Shown here piece by piece: positions 1-13,769 of a stretch of 64,000 bases of DNA. Both the position numbers and the translations under genes were made by a program. The notes under the pieces are model-generated. The model was given only the letters and a program-made list of their open reading frames with translations. It made no database searches and was not told the origin of the DNA. Every line of letters begins with the position of its first letter. Positions within the stretch are counted from its first letter, which is position 1. The stretch comes from Octopus vulgaris (taxonomy: Eukaryota): NCBI GenBank assembly GCA_951406725.2, contig OX597815.1:173600001-173664000 (forward strand), read 5' to 3'.

Positions 1-899
1 AAGTTTATAACTATGTCTAGAGTTTTTAAAAAGCACAGTTTTCTGTCTATCACATTTTAAAATACAAATTTGAGATACAAATAAGATAGATTCAGACTTC
101 AAAAACCTGAATAATTACCAATAAGTGTATTCATGTTTAGAAATGTGTTAATCTAGCCATCTCATACAGTCCTTGTCACAGGCACAGATAATTTAAAATA
201 AACTCAAATAATTGCACACAGTGAATTCCGCCTTCAAAAACAAAGCCTTTATAATACTGTATGTTTGCTTTCAGTTCAGAATTTGTGATAGCACTAACAA
301 GAATTATCTAGCTATAATTTTATATGTGCACTTAATAAATTTTACAGAATACTGCTCAGACTATATATTATATTTGAGCTTATATTCATGCATAATATTA
401 TAGTACACAGAGAAATACAAGAGTGCAGAAAAAGAATAGCAGAGAATTAAATATCTTACAGGATTTATTTTGCCTGCATTCTGAGTTAAGATCTTGGTTC
501 TAGCAATTATAAAATAACCACTAATAACCTAATGGTTAACATAGCAAAGACCAACATGCTAATTACTAAAAGAAAGTACATACACCAGTGTTTTGCTCAA
601 TGTGTAAGAAGGGGGTCGGCAGAAACTCAATACTCCATAATCAGTGCAAACAATGGGTAAACAAGATGCACGGGGATCTCTGGCAGTCTGACAGAGAACC
701 AGGGCTTTTGATGTTCTAAATGTACAGTTGTAGCTAGCAGTAGGGGGCACCTACGAAATGTAATCCATGAGGTAGTCAGACAGCTCACTTCTGAATGCTG
801 TTGATTGTTTGTTACCTAGGTGATCTAATAATTAGTTCTGGGAGTGGCTGTAGTTAAGGCATAACTGCTAGAATAGGGAATGGTTAGTGGATGTTCAAG

Positions 900-2695
900 G
901 AATTGCTGTTTTTGTTGACAAAGGATCTCCCTTCCACTCTCTCTCGTTCTCCCTTAGTGTGAAAACCAAACAGTATAAGACGAGTGATACTGCATAACAA
1001 TATGAGGCATTGTGTGGGAAATCTGAGGAGTGAAGAAGAGGATTTATTGGATGTGACTGAAACCATCCTCTTAGGAATATCCTGCTACATCTCACACATA
1101 TCCCAAACACACAGTCCTAAACCTCCCAAGTGGTTCACTCATAGCTGCACTGTAGCAGTTCAGGAAAAGAATATGATCTATTATGCTTGGAGGAAATCGC
1201 TATGTGGATTTTATCCTGTACTATAACTTCTACAAGATAATTATCAAAACCGTGAAGGATGTCTTCACACACTGTACAGCATGGAAGCTCCTTTGCATCT
1301 CGGGCTACAGTCAATCATTTTGGTTCCAAGCTAGAAGGATCTTCAGCAACTTTCTTCAACTATGATGATTTTATAAGCAAATATTTTATGGAGAATGCCT
1401 CCACATTTGCTGTCTGTTTTAGATGGAACTTCACACCACACACACTAGGTAAAATTCCCAAACTATCTTTCAACATCATCAAGCTTACCAACATGCATAC
1501 ATACCTGCTAAGTACAAAAGTATCCCAGTCACTTCAAAACACTTCTTACTCTGTTAACAGAATTGGCAGAGCAAGAGGGATTTTCAACACCTCAGAGATA
1601 ATGAAGACAATCATTAGCAACAACCTTCTCTGTACCTCTTTAATCACCTTCAATACATTTTTCATAATGCCAGATCTACTGGAGACCAACTCTTTTCTTT
1701 TACTCAACATCAGTAAGCTGACTGTCAGGATGCTCATGGAGCTTTCTCGAACAACATTCTATCAAGTTGGTGTATCCCAGTGTTCTGTTTTCCTCCCCGC
1801 CACCCACTCATGCTCTTGGTCTTATATATCAACAACTCACTAGCTATCACCTTCAACAAAGCACACACCCATACAAATGATTCCACCATTCATTTCTCCC
1901 AAAAATCTACATGCAGCCTAAACATCATGAACAGAGATGTCAAAAATTATCCTGTAATGAGATGATACTAATCTTTTCTACTTCAACAGCACAGACACTA
2001 TCACAATTCATATGAAAAAAAATATTACCGCATCCCTTAACAGAATCATCACACAATTAGAAACATCATTCTTGCTTCAAATACTGAGCCTCACCATCTC
2101 TGAAAATCTCTTATGGCAAATAAATATCAACACAGCCAAAATTGCATCATGAAAAATGTCCTTCCTATTCATAACTAGAAAATATTCCCCCACCTCCTCT
2201 CATTACTTCTCACCAACAACTACAAAATTTACAAAGTCAAGAGAAATCTATATTAGAATACTGTTTCCATATCTAGGATACTGTTGCTGCTATGCATTCA
2301 GACAACCAAGACTCCATCCACAGAAAAATCACTCAACTGATAGGCAAACACACTCCAACTACTGACCAGACATACTGTTACCTCTTAATGCATTTCTACC
2401 AATACTACAGTGGCCTCTATTCCTTGAAACTGGCTGTATTAATCCACTTAGGCACTCATAATTTATTTGTCATCCCTTCTCAGCATCCATATGGAATCCA
2501 TCACTCCCACAGACTACACTACCCATTCCATCTTTGCAAGATTTCATCCTTATTCTCTTTTTACATATGCTTTTTCCTGCTGCCATATGACTGAAATGTT
2601 AACTACATCAATCTCAACCAGTCTCACAGAGCTTGTGAAGGCTATGGAAACAGCTAGTTCTTCAAAACCAAGCCATTAATAATAATAAAAAAAGG
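900..2695 (+). mobile_element. Degenerate CR1/L2-clade LINE (ORF2 remnant to 3' tail)
   Basis: Frameshifted ORF2 motifs in order: PKPPKWFTHSC, GVSQCSV (GVPQGSV-like), LYINNS...HTNDST (YADD-like), FNSTD, LTISENLLW. Ends in (TAA)n/A-rich tail. Boundaries approximate. Confidence 0.7.
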
Positions 2696-2696
2696 A

Positions 2697-2910
2697 CAAC
2701 TGTTGGTAGAGACATGGTGAATCAAATGAGCAACAAGTACAAGATGAAGTGCTACATGTTGTCAGTTGAGGAAGAACAGTGGGGTGGACACAAGTGAAGA
2801 CAGATCTCAGGATGTTGGGCGTTTCAATGAGATAGTGAAAGTCTGAGATGAATGGTGGCATGCAAACACATCCAACCCATAAAAAACAAAATTTGATGTT
2901 AAAACACTGA
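2697..2910 (+). mobile_element. RTE LINE 3' remnant
   Basis: Degenerate similarity to the C-terminal ORF and the tail (catccaaccca...gatgttaaa) of the RTE copy at 49.4-50.3 kb. Confidence 0.5.
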
Positions 2911-3257
2911 TAGAATAATGGATTAAGTAATAGTAATATTCAGCTATTCATAATAAAAAGGTTCTCTGCTTAATATATTTCAATATGTAGTTAACTGAAG
3001 AAAAAGAAAGTAAATGTTTGTGTGTAATTCTACATAACAGAAATGTATATACAGCAGTCAAGTGATAACAATGAATAACTAATAATATTTATAGAGTGTT
3101 AAAACTTATTTTAAATAGGTAGGACAGTGCTGCTGTGGTAACAAGGATTCAATATGTATGACAAACATCATTAACAAGGAAACTGAAAAAGAAATTACAG
3201 AATAACAGGTGATTTAAGTCATTTAAATACAATAATAATCTACAGGTGTAGAAACAA

Positions 3258-3260
<3 letters not shown>

Positions 3261-3315
<55 letters not shown>

Positions 3316-3316
3316 T

Positions 3317-3410
<94 letters not shown>
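3261..3410. repeat. Compound (GT)n(GA)n microsatellite
   Basis: Directly visible. Confidence 0.98.
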
Positions 3411-3413
<3 letters not shown>

Positions 3414-3916
3414 TAATTGTAAACAGCAAAAAGAACCCTGTCACTACATCTACCATTGAAAAAATTACATTTTGCCAATATCGGTAAGACTCTCATTTGG
3501 AAAAGGTTAGCAGTAGCACAGCAATGTTATGAATGTTAATAGAATTTTAAATATCTTTTCATCAATATTGATGCAGTGAACTTTTGCATAGCCATCTTTA
3601 ACAATCTCAGGATTGTGCTTTCTGAATGATAGTAGCATACTGATGAATAGCAACATACAGATGGATAACAGCATTCTGGACATGTGATTTATTGAAGTTT
3701 CACCAACTTATGCCAATAAACAATTACATAAACACTCGGGCTGTAAACAAGCTCTGAATAGGAATTTCTGAGTGAGGTAGAAAAAGAATATTAAAATACC
3801 TTGTATTTTCCTTAGATAGATATAGGAAATGCAACAAATCTTATTTATTGACATGGTCATTGGAATTTAACAGTTCATATAAATATTTTCTCAATATTGA
3901 TTGAAAATGATTTCAC

Positions 3917-4000
3917 TTATATATATATATACACACACACACACACATGTATATATACATATATATATATATACATACACACACAAACATATACATAAGT

Positions 4001-4047
<47 letters not shown>

Positions 4048-4052
4048 TACAC
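3917..4052. repeat. Compound (TA)n/(CA)n microsatellite
   Basis: Directly visible. Confidence 0.95.
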
Positions 4053-6169
4053 ATAAACTTATGTACACACACAGATTGCTGAATATTTGTGTTTACCAAT
4101 TGGTAAAAATAGTGTTTAATGTACACAATATATAAAATAGAATCAGCTGAACAACTGGAAAAATGTGAAACTTGAAATGATGAGCTGAGAGAGAGAGATG
4201 GTGGGGAAACAAGCAAATTTGAAAATATTATTCAGAGATGGTTTTATTTTTGATCCATTGATCTTGATAAGTTAAGAACCCAACTATCTTTTTATTCAAA
4301 TGAAACTTTTCCAATGCTTTTGTCACCAAACATACTCCTTTAAAATAGAGGACTGGGGAAAAATGCAGAAAAAAGAAACTAAAACATCACATACTATAAA
4401 TATTGATATGTTTAAGTAAGCAAATGTGGCTTATAGAAAATAACAATTTGGCAAATATTCACTTATTTTCTGTTATTAAATCATGATAACTTGAAATATC
4501 TTACAATAGTGTTTCATTTTAGCAATACATCATAAAAACAGCCATATCATTTTATTGAAAATGAAATACGTCTATCAGCTTTTAAATGAAAAGAACATTC
4601 TGTTAAAATTTAACTCTAAGAAAATCTTGCAGCTGTAGCTTACAAAAGTCAAGGCTGATTTTAAAGCTTACTAGTCATGAGAATAGAGTGTGCAAGAGAT
4701 AATGAGAGACATCTGTTAGAGAAAAGAGGACTGCCAAGATACATATAGCTGCTGACAGAATATATTCCACAGCCTATTACTTGCTCTGTTCAATTCACTG
4801 AGTTAACGAAACACAAACAAACTATTCTAACCAAATATAAAAATGCTGACCTGAACATTTGGTCAACAGACCTTCATGTTATGATTGATGCCATAATAAA
4901 TGAATACAGCATTACCAATTCATATAAATTTGCAAGCAATACTTAACCTTTGTTAAAGATAGGTTGATGGCAACAAGTGCATAAATCTCTTTCTTTTGAC
5001 TGAAAGAATTTTACAACAGCTTTCTCTTCATAATGCATTCCACAGAGTATTGCTGAAACTATTGTCATATTTCAAAGACAGCCAGGCTCCTTATAAACCA
5101 AATCGAAAAATGCACCAAGTCTTCTATTCACATCTACTTATGTGGTTTTAGAGACAAGAACTGCATTAAACAGTGGCTTAACTTTTATTAGTGTTTTGAT
5201 TACTTAATCAAACCGTCAACAATATGATCTCTCCAAACTGGAAGAAAGGCATTGATTCTGGAAAACAGTTCAAAACAACTACTGTGTATAATATAATTCT
5301 AATGATTGAGTTTAAATCAATTGCCTTAATACTGTTGTGGCTAGTTGTTTAGCCCAAAGAACTCACTTTTTGCCATATGCTGTATCAAGTGCAGTAAGTT
5401 CAAATAGCCTAAGATGAAGCATATCATTAAACAAGAGATGAAATAATCAGAGGAAAGAATAAGTAAACACAAGACTTCCAATACTATACACTTGTAAGCA
5501 ATACTCGAAAAGTAAAACTTATGGCAATCCCCAGTACCAAATATATATATTGTAATAAATAATTATTACAAGTCATGGTGAAGTGCATGGGTTAATCAGT
5601 TAAAGCAATTATAATTAATCTTAGTATTTAACTGATAGTAATTACATACACACTGAGCAGAGTGAGTAAGGAAGACAAAAAGAGAGAGTGCAAAAGATAA
5701 ACAGAGATGGAAAGAGAGTGAGAGAGAATCAGACAGAGAAAGAGTCTGGTAGATAGGCAGATAGACAGAGAATAGCTTTCAAGACCACTTGGCATTTTGT
5801 GCTACTGAAGTAAACAAAAGCTAGAAAAGAATTTTTAATAAATAATAAAAATGGTATAAATCATACACAAATTATTTAGCTAGAGACTAAAGACATTCTC
5901 ACAGACAGACAGTAAGACAAGGAATGACTGCTATTTCTAGGATGCCAAACAACCACATTCCTGCCATAAATAGACATACATAAAGACAGTCTTCTTTCTA
6001 TGGAAAATAAGTATGATAATTGACCCCATTTGGAACAGCCAGAAAAAAAAACAATAATATATCAATATCTACCTCTCTATAACAATAACTGTGTATGTGT
6101 GTGTGTGAGAGGGAGAGAGAGAGAGAGAGAGAGGGGGAGACAGAGAGAGAGAGAGAGTATGCACCATAT

Positions 6170-6390
6170 GTCATCATCATTTTATGTCAACTTTCCATGC
6201 TGGCATGGGCTGGATGGGTTGACACATTTGGAGCCAGCTCCTATTCAGAGGGACTGCTTACATAGATAGATAAAAGAACTGCTTCTCACTCACGCATTTC
6301 ACTTTTTACTACAAAAAGTGTACCCAGTACATTCTGTAAAGTGGTTAATGTTGGGAAAGGCATCCAGCTATAGAAACCAAACCAAAATAT
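6170..6390. mobile_element. RTE-tail/SINE fragments
   Basis: Reverse tail catcatcatttt...ttccatgctggcatgggctgga, followed by forward gggaaaggcatccagctatagaaac. Both are shared with 11.1-11.3 kb. Confidence 0.65.
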
Positions 6391-6634
6391 GCACACACAC
6401 GCACAGGGGCTTGCAGTATTTTTCTTCTTTCTCTCCCTCCTATATATGAGTATATGTGTATGTACATGTGTGTGTGTTGTGCTCACATGTTTGTAATTAG
6501 AAATGTTTGTGAGCGTGTTTGAGATGTATGTCTTGGCTATATGTTGGATATTCTATATATGTGAAGGAAACAAAATAAAGAAAATTTAAAAAAATTTTTA
6601 ATAAAGACATATACAATCTAAAAGCCACACATTA

Positions 6635-7469
6635 AGCAGTTCAGGCTAAATTTGATGAGTTTTATGTTTCCTTTTTCAAGAATAGCTTGATGTATTGGTG
6701 GACAGTCACTGGTGTTGAGAAGCATAAAGATTAAAGTTGTAATTGAGAAAATATTAGCTGACATAGATGACTGGAAGCCATTTGAATATGGGAAAAGTTT
6801 ACTGTTTACCATATCATGATTTCTTGCAAGGTATCAAAATGCCCACATTATAACTATTGCTCAATGCTCTATGGATATTGTAAAGGTTTTAAGACATGAT
6901 GTGGACAGCAGGAATAGACATGCTGGAATTCATCCAACAACCGATGAATAGGGCTTTAGGCTCAATTCAGATGGCTATGTGAAGCTGCTGAAGATTGTGG
7001 TCAAACCTTGGCTGGAGAGGGTTGCAACTGAATAGCCATATGTGTGGCAGCAGGATTCAGCTCTTTGCCTCACCTCCAGAAAGAGTCAGAAGTTGTTGGA
7101 GAATTTCTATGACTTTACCAGCCTCAATTCCTGGCCTCCTAATTCTTTCAATTGTAATTCCATATGTTGGATGCAGTTGAGAAAGACACCAACTGCATTG
7201 TCTAAAACACTAAGCCTATGCTAGTCATCAAGATCAAGGAAATGTTCAAAGATCTCTCCAGGGACACACTAGCATACGCCAGATTCTGGAGCCATCTTGC
7301 AGGTGTGGTGAAAGCTGAGGGTAGTTACTTTAAGTAAACTTACCTCTCAGCTACAACCTTGTTGATATTTTTAATTTTTTTTAAATGTTTTTTTCTTTAT
7401 TATTTTGGAAGGAATATTGTATATTCTTTTCTTTTTATGCAAACTGTCAAATTTAGCCCAAACACCCTG
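6635..7469 (+). mobile_element. Degenerate Tc1/mariner (maT/DD37D-like) DNA transposon
   Basis: Transposase remnant VVKPWLERV...YVWQQDSALCLTSRKSQKLL...WPPNSFNCN (cf. QQDSAPAH...WPPSSPDLNP). Right TIR ...aatttagcccaaacaccctg|TA; degenerate left TIR ggctaaatttga near 6644. Confidence 0.8.
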
Positions 7470-8547
7470 TATATTTAAAAATGTTCACACAGAAAGATAG
7501 TTATTTGGTTCAATCACATTCCGGCCATAAAGATAAATATGTACACACACAAATACAAAGAGATGATTTTCTTTTTATGAAAACTAAAAAAAAAAAAACA
7601 AAGAAAAAAAAACCTAAATTATTTATTTCAAAAGTTTCATAAAAAAACATACATACATGCAGTCATTACATATATATGTATGTATATGCATGTGTGTGTG
7701 TGTATGTGCATGCAAGCACACATGCATACAGAGAGAAAGACAGAGACACAGGTATATAGAGATATATATGGATAAGTAAGTCTTGGTTAGAGGTATATAT
7801 GTGAATGAAAGCACATATATTTTCTATTGTCTGTTCTCCATCAAAGGAGAGAAGTTAGTTTTTCATAAAAAAAACTCCAACAAAACAAAAGCAATCCTTC
7901 AGTTTTGAGGCTTCTAGGGCTCAGAAATACACTGAAACATATGTTAGGCAAAACTGCCAATGGTTTAGAGTGCATTTGTCAAAAAAAATTTTATTGCCAC
8001 AAAATACTGTTTTTGTGGAAATCACAAAATATACAAACAGAAAGGTAGGCTTTGAAATTTTCTACTATAAAAATACACACATGCAAGCATGTGTGCATGT
8101 ATATCTTTATTTTTATAGCACTAAAATTCAAAGCGTGCATTTGTGTTTGTGTGTTATGTGAGCTTAGCAAATATTGTACATTGTAGTATAAAATTTGTGT
8201 ACTATGTGTATATGTCTGTTTCTATGTACACAAGTGTATTTATGGATGAGTGCATGTAATACACACAAACACACATATACTGTTGACAATATAAAATTTA
8301 GAAACTTAGCATGAAATAATTCTTTTTGGGAATGGTGAATCTCGAAGCAGATAAAGCTAAATAATAGCATGTAAGTGTTAGACAAAAAAACACTTAGGAT
8401 AGAAAAGACAAAACCTGTCCATATATATATATAGAACGGGAGAAAGCGCTAATAATCTGAATGATATGATATATATATGTAAAAAATGTAATATATAAAT
8501 AAATATCTATAAATATGAACCATCCGATCTTCTGATTACCTCATTTC

Positions 8548-8592
<45 letters not shown>

Positions 8593-8790
8593 AGTTAATC
8601 CAAACATGAAAACACCAAGACAAAACATAACAACGCGAGGACGTGGAACAAATATAGTATTATTGGACACTCAGGAAGGAAGGGAAGGAGGAGGGTTTTA
8701 TGTTTCAAGCGGAGCTCTTCGTCGGAAACATAGGAGAAGGAAAGATCCAGAGAAGGGAAGACGGAGGAAAAAAAAATCACCAACGGTACA
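8593..8790 (-). mobile_element. Penelope-like element terminal fragment with minimal hammerhead-ribozyme-like motif
   Basis: Minus strand 8729-8695 reads GTTT-CCGACGA-AGAGC-TCC-GCTT-GAAA-CAT-A-AAAC. Flanked by (TA)n/(CA)n on both sides. Confidence 0.6.
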
Positions 8791-8835
8791 CACATATATA
8801 TATATATATACATATATATACACATATATATACAT

Positions 8836-8872
<37 letters not shown>

Positions 8873-10064
8873 CACACACACTAACAAACATGCATGCATT
8901 CATGTTCATATTTAAACTAGTCAAAAAAAAAAGAACAAAAAAACTATTGTTGTTTATGTTGTGTTCCTGTAAGTCCCCATAATGTAGTAACTTCATATAT
9001 AAAGATCAATAAAATTGCTACCAGACTGAAATAAATAGTGGGGTAAATATGATCAAAGAAACCTCTTGTAGACAGTACCCCAGCATGGCCACAATCCAAT
9101 AACTTAATCTAGAAAAAGAATAAATGAAATCCCCTGAAATAATCTATGTGAATGAAGTAATTTGAAATAATATTGATGAACTCAATATTGTCGTTTATAT
9201 CAACCTTCCATTCATTAGAAACTATATTAGACGAATAAATGTAGACTCTCCTCATATCCATTTAAAATGAATTTTCCTAATCATGAATTTCTTTTATCTG
9301 TCACCCCCTCAATACAGTTATCTATATAAAGAGCAGTCTTCACTGAATTATGTTGGTTTGGCTCAATAGGCAATATATATGCTATGATCTACATATGTAT
9401 TCCTTCTGAACATTCTTTGGTGTTAATCTTGAATGTACACATTAATCATGCACAGTGCATTGCTGGGATTGAATTCACAGTCTACACCTTTAAGGAATTC
9501 CTAATTTCTTAAATTCCAAAAATGATATACATGAATAATTCTAGCTCGTAATTTCAACATCAAAATCTTACGTATATTGAAATGAAAACCTCACATGATG
9601 CAATAAAAAACCAAGCGAAAATAATTGGTTGACAGTGAAACTTCTAAACATAAAAGAAAATAAAAATAAAAGTATATTCATAAAATTTTCAAAGATGAAA
9701 AATCCAAATGAGAAAAGTTTTGTTGCTAATAACTTTTATAATCCTTAATCTTTCAAATAGGAGAAATTTTAAGAAAAGCAGTAGAGGAGAAACTTCTTCA
9801 CAATTTTAGATATATATATAGTACTCAGCTAATTATCTTCATGTATCTTGATTACTTTCTGCTTTTTTTTAAAAGAAATTAAACTTAACTACTTCACTTC
9901 ATATTCTCTTTCACCTACAGCAAAAATCTATCCTCTCTCGAATGGATCTTCCCTATGAGCAAAATAATGCTGGCATTTATGCCAACTTTGAACTTTTCCT
10001 TTCAGTAAGTTGACTATGACAATTTTAAGATACACATTTTGCATATTTGAATATATATATATAT

Positions 10065-10693
10065 ATACCCTCTATCTTTCTCTACGAAGTTTAATTCGAT
10101 CTTCGCCACGCTTTCCCTATTCTTTCTCTACGAAATTTAATCCCTTAAGATACCCTCTATTCTTTCTCTACGAAGTTTAATCCGATCTTCGCCACGCTTT
10201 CCCTATTCTTATTCTTTCTCTACGAAATTTAATCCCTTAAGATACCCTCTATCTTTCTCTACGAAGTTTAATTCGATCTTCGCCACGCTTTCCCTATTCT
10301 TATTCTTTCTCTACGAAATTTAATCCCTTAAGATACCCTCTATCTTTCTCTACGAAGTTTAATTCAATCTTCGCCACGCTTTCCCTATCTTATTCTTTCT
10401 CAACGAAATTTAATCCCTTAAGATACCCTCTATCTTTCTCTACGAAGTTTAATTCGATCTTCGCCATGCTTTCCCTATTCTTATTCATTCTCTACGAAAT
10501 TTAATCCCTTAAGATACCCTCTATCTTTCTCTACGAAGTTTAATTCGATCTTCGCCACGCTTTCCCTATTCTTATTCTTTCTCTACGAAATTTAATCCCT
10601 TAAGATACCCTCTATTCTTTCTCTACGAAGTTTAATCCGATCTTCGCCATTCGCGCCGATCTTCGCCATTCGCACCGATCTTCGCCATTCGCG
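10065..10693 (+). repeat. Minisatellite: about 6.5 copies of an 85-92 bp unit, then 3 copies of a ~20 bp unit
   Basis: Units start at 10065, 10150, 10242, 10333, 10423, 10514 and 10605. Each contains two sub-repeats TCTTTCTCTACGAARTTTAATYC. Followed by (ccgatcttcgccattcgc)x3. Confidence 0.97.
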
Positions 10694-10879
10694 GTGCTCC
10701 CGCCCTTTCCCACCCCCACCACCAATACCGGTGAACACTGTTCATACCATCTACACCGGATATGCCCTCCTCCCTCCTCCTCCCCCACCACCATTACGTG
10801 TCTCTCTCCCTCCTACCCCTCCTCCTCACATGCTTTCACTGTGTACTACACCTCCCCCCACCAAGACAAGCAGCAAGCG

Positions 10880-11292
10880 TCCCGCTGTGCTTGAGGAGAC
10901 CTGTTGAGTCAAGTACATGAACACTCCAAACACCCCTCCCCGCTGGTGCTCCCCTATATTTCTGCACCCCCCCCCCACATAAAAAGCACCATCCGAACGT
11001 GGCCGATGCCAGCACCGCCCCGACTGGCTTCTGTGCAGGTGGCACATAAAAAGCACCAACCGACCGTGGCCGTTGCCAGACCCCTCTGGCACCTGTGCAG
11101 GTGGCACGTAAAAAGCACCCACTACACTCACGGAGTGGTTGGCGTTAGGAAGGGCATCCAGCTGTAGAAACACTGCCAGACCAGACTGGAGCCTGGGGCA
11201 GCCCCTGGCTCCCCAGACCCCGGTCGAAACCGTCCAACCCGTGCTAGCGCGGAAAACGGACGTTAAACGATGATGATGATGATGATGATGAT
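10880..11292 (+). mobile_element. RTE LINE-derived 3' UTR/tail ending in (GAT)n
   Basis: gtgcttgaggagacctgttgagtcaagtacat, three AAAAAGCACC-headed ~65 bp internal repeats and aacccgtgctagcgcggaaaacggacgttaaac(gat)n. All match, in reverse, the 3' end of the RTE at 49425-50278. Confidence 0.88.
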
Positions 11293-12029
11293 ATAAAGCT
11301 TTCACAGTTATACCACTTTCAATGCTTTGAAAATCAACAGAAGTTACAGCAAAGAAATACAAATACTAACTTCTGTTAATTTGGACATGGATACAAAAAG
11401 TTTTCTTTTTAAATCAAACTATTTCAAACTAAATCAATATTAATTTAATGAATAGAAACCTTTATAATGATAATAAAATCTAAGGAAAATGGTAATATAT
11501 AATCTCAAGCAGATACTACTATAGGAGACATACTACTAAAGAAAGCTAGCTAACCTAACAAGTTGATATATAATCACTTACAGAACACATATTGGAAAAG
11601 AAATTAAAGCCAAAAAATTTTGAAATAAAAAAGTTTACTGCTAAAAGATTTTAAAAAAGTAAACAATGGAATAAAAATGTTTTCTTTTCAGAATTATTCA
11701 TGGAACTTTATAGACATATCTTGTTGCCTGAGAATTAAAATGCTGATGTAATGATTGTAGATATTAATGTTGAAGATAGCTCCGCGTGACAAGTGGATAA
11801 AAAAAAAAATCAAGTTTTTCAAACATTAAGCATAATAAACCCTATCATTGGAAAGAATATACTAGACTGCATATTTTTTTATTTGTGTATTCACAGGTAA
11901 GAAGCAGAAAAAAAATTAACCCCAAAACAACAATGACAAGATACACATGAAAAAAGTATATATTTATAATTCATTAACCAAGTGCAGTAGTAGTATATGT
12001 TAGAGAATAAATAGTCTCTACAGGATTTC

Positions 12030-12220
12030 TAAATTTGTTCTAAATTGCAGCCAAAGGTCTTTCAAATCACACCGTAACATTAAAAAAAACATTGAATAAT
12101 ATGCTTTTAGTATGTTACACTATACCTGGAGACCCTCCCCCACCTCATAATGGCCATAGCTGGAATGACTTTGATTATAGGTCTGCTTAGTCAGCCTGAC
12201 CTAGAGATAAATAACAACAT
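12030..12220. repeat. Dispersed unclassified repeat family (other copies ~24840-25025, ~55595-55750, ~56570-56740)
   Basis: Shared degenerate motifs ctaaaatagcagccaaat-ctc-aaatcacacc and ggctggaatgcctttgatcataggtctgcttgatcag. Confidence 0.7.
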
Positions 12221-13769
12221 TAATGAATAGGGATGGAAGAGAAATGTCACTATCAATAATTGAAGAGAATCACAGCTATTAACCTTTCAATGCAATTTGT
12301 ATAGATATTCATCAGAAAAACTTAGTACTACTTTCGTAACCTTTTGCTTGTTCTACATCCTAAGAAATGTGAAAAAGACATTAAAACTGATGAATATAAA
12401 TCAATGAAAAACAGATGTGAGTTAAATGAAATGGCTCAAGAAGGAACTGAAATTACATCATAAGCACAGCTTTCAGGGAACTTGTCAATATTGAAATGTA
12501 TATTAAGGTAACTGTTACAGTGACTTATATAATAGATTAATAAACAAAAATTCAATGACAATACAAATGCTTTACATACTTGAATAGAGTTCTATCAGAT
12601 ATAGTATAAGGACTGTTATAAAATCTATACATTACACAATTGATCCTCTTTACAAAGCAACATCAATAAAATAATACTTCTTATTTTCTTGATTTCAAAT
12701 AAATTATTTTATTCTGAAATTTTCAGTTAACTTTTCTATAGATCTCGGTATGATAAAAACAGCCATTCAGAAACAAGTTATGTTATACGGGTCTTAAAAT
12801 GAAAAAGTATAAAATTTATAAAAAATAAAAAACTTTTTTTTAAATCCTCTATTCTAACCAGGGATTATTTTACAGAAAGAGTAAATACACAAGGATATGA
12901 CTCTATAATGTTTGTTAACTAACGAAAATCATAAACTGACACTGTTCAACAACAGATTTTTTTCTCTCTTCTTTCTTTGGATTGGTCAGAATAAAGGGGA
13001 TATACTCGCCAACAAAACTGCATAACTGAATAGTATTTTTTCTTTAAAACAAAGATATTAGAATCTAAGGAATTTTCTTTGTCTATTTGGAATTTTGTTT
13101 TTCATATTTGAACAAGCTAAGCAAAGAATACACTTAAAAAAAAAAATAACAACATGACGAACTAGATATTTCATAAACAGAAATAAATCTGATCTTTATG
13201 TTGAAAAGTTGTGGCTGATAGATCGATGAAAACCAATTCAATAGTGTAAGTAAATAAATATTCCAAGTACAGTTATCTACTAAAAATCAAACCAAAACAC
13301 ATTTTTAGAAGTTATCAATATTCAATAAAAAATAAAAAAGTTGAAAGAACATTTTAATCAGGAAAGATAGTTGAAGGAAAAAAATACTATCAATAGAGTG
13401 AGTCAGAGAGAGAGTAACATAGAAGGTAGAAAGTTTAGGATCCTTTAGAAAAAAAAAATTAAATAGTGATGATAATTTTCTTTGTTACAGATTAGCAAAC
13501 CTACAAATAACTTCACCCTCCAATATTTTTCTACAGTTATCTCTGATCTTCTTGCTGTAAACATCATGAAAATGTATATAGCAATATTTGACAACTAACT
13601 GGTGCTTAATCTAAATTGAAAATAGATTTCAATTAGTTTTCTTTTGATAATTTTTATCTATAAACTTGAAGTATATTGAAAAACTTAATATACTGAACTG
13701 ACACAAAGTATAACAAATTAAAGTTCATTAAAAATTAAGTGAGGTTTTGTTAATAAAAAGAATGCATAC

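Noticed and set aside
1259-1843. Longest ORF (194 aa) as a host gene
   Set aside because: Lies within a frameshifted CR1/L2-type LINE remnant, with no coherent domain or splice structure.
3500-3622. Possible further dystrophin exon (acceptor ATCATTCAG on minus strand)
   Set aside because: Stop after four codons in phase 0; the other open frame is not spectrin-like and has no donor.
3223-8996. Low-complexity ORFs (SLSLSL, HTHTHT, YIYIYI), also at 45-48 kb and 57.6 kb
   Set aside because: Translations of dinucleotide microsatellites.
10065-10650. CRISPR-like repeat/spacer appearance (recurring TCTTTCTCTACGAARTTTAAT)
   Set aside because: The intervening sequences are only two alternating, repeated sequences, so this is a higher-order minisatellite. 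The context is a eukaryotic intron with no cas genes.
10826-11362. 178-aa minus-strand ORF with poly-His
   Set aside because: Antisense reading of the RTE tail; the His run comes from the (GAT)n microsatellite.
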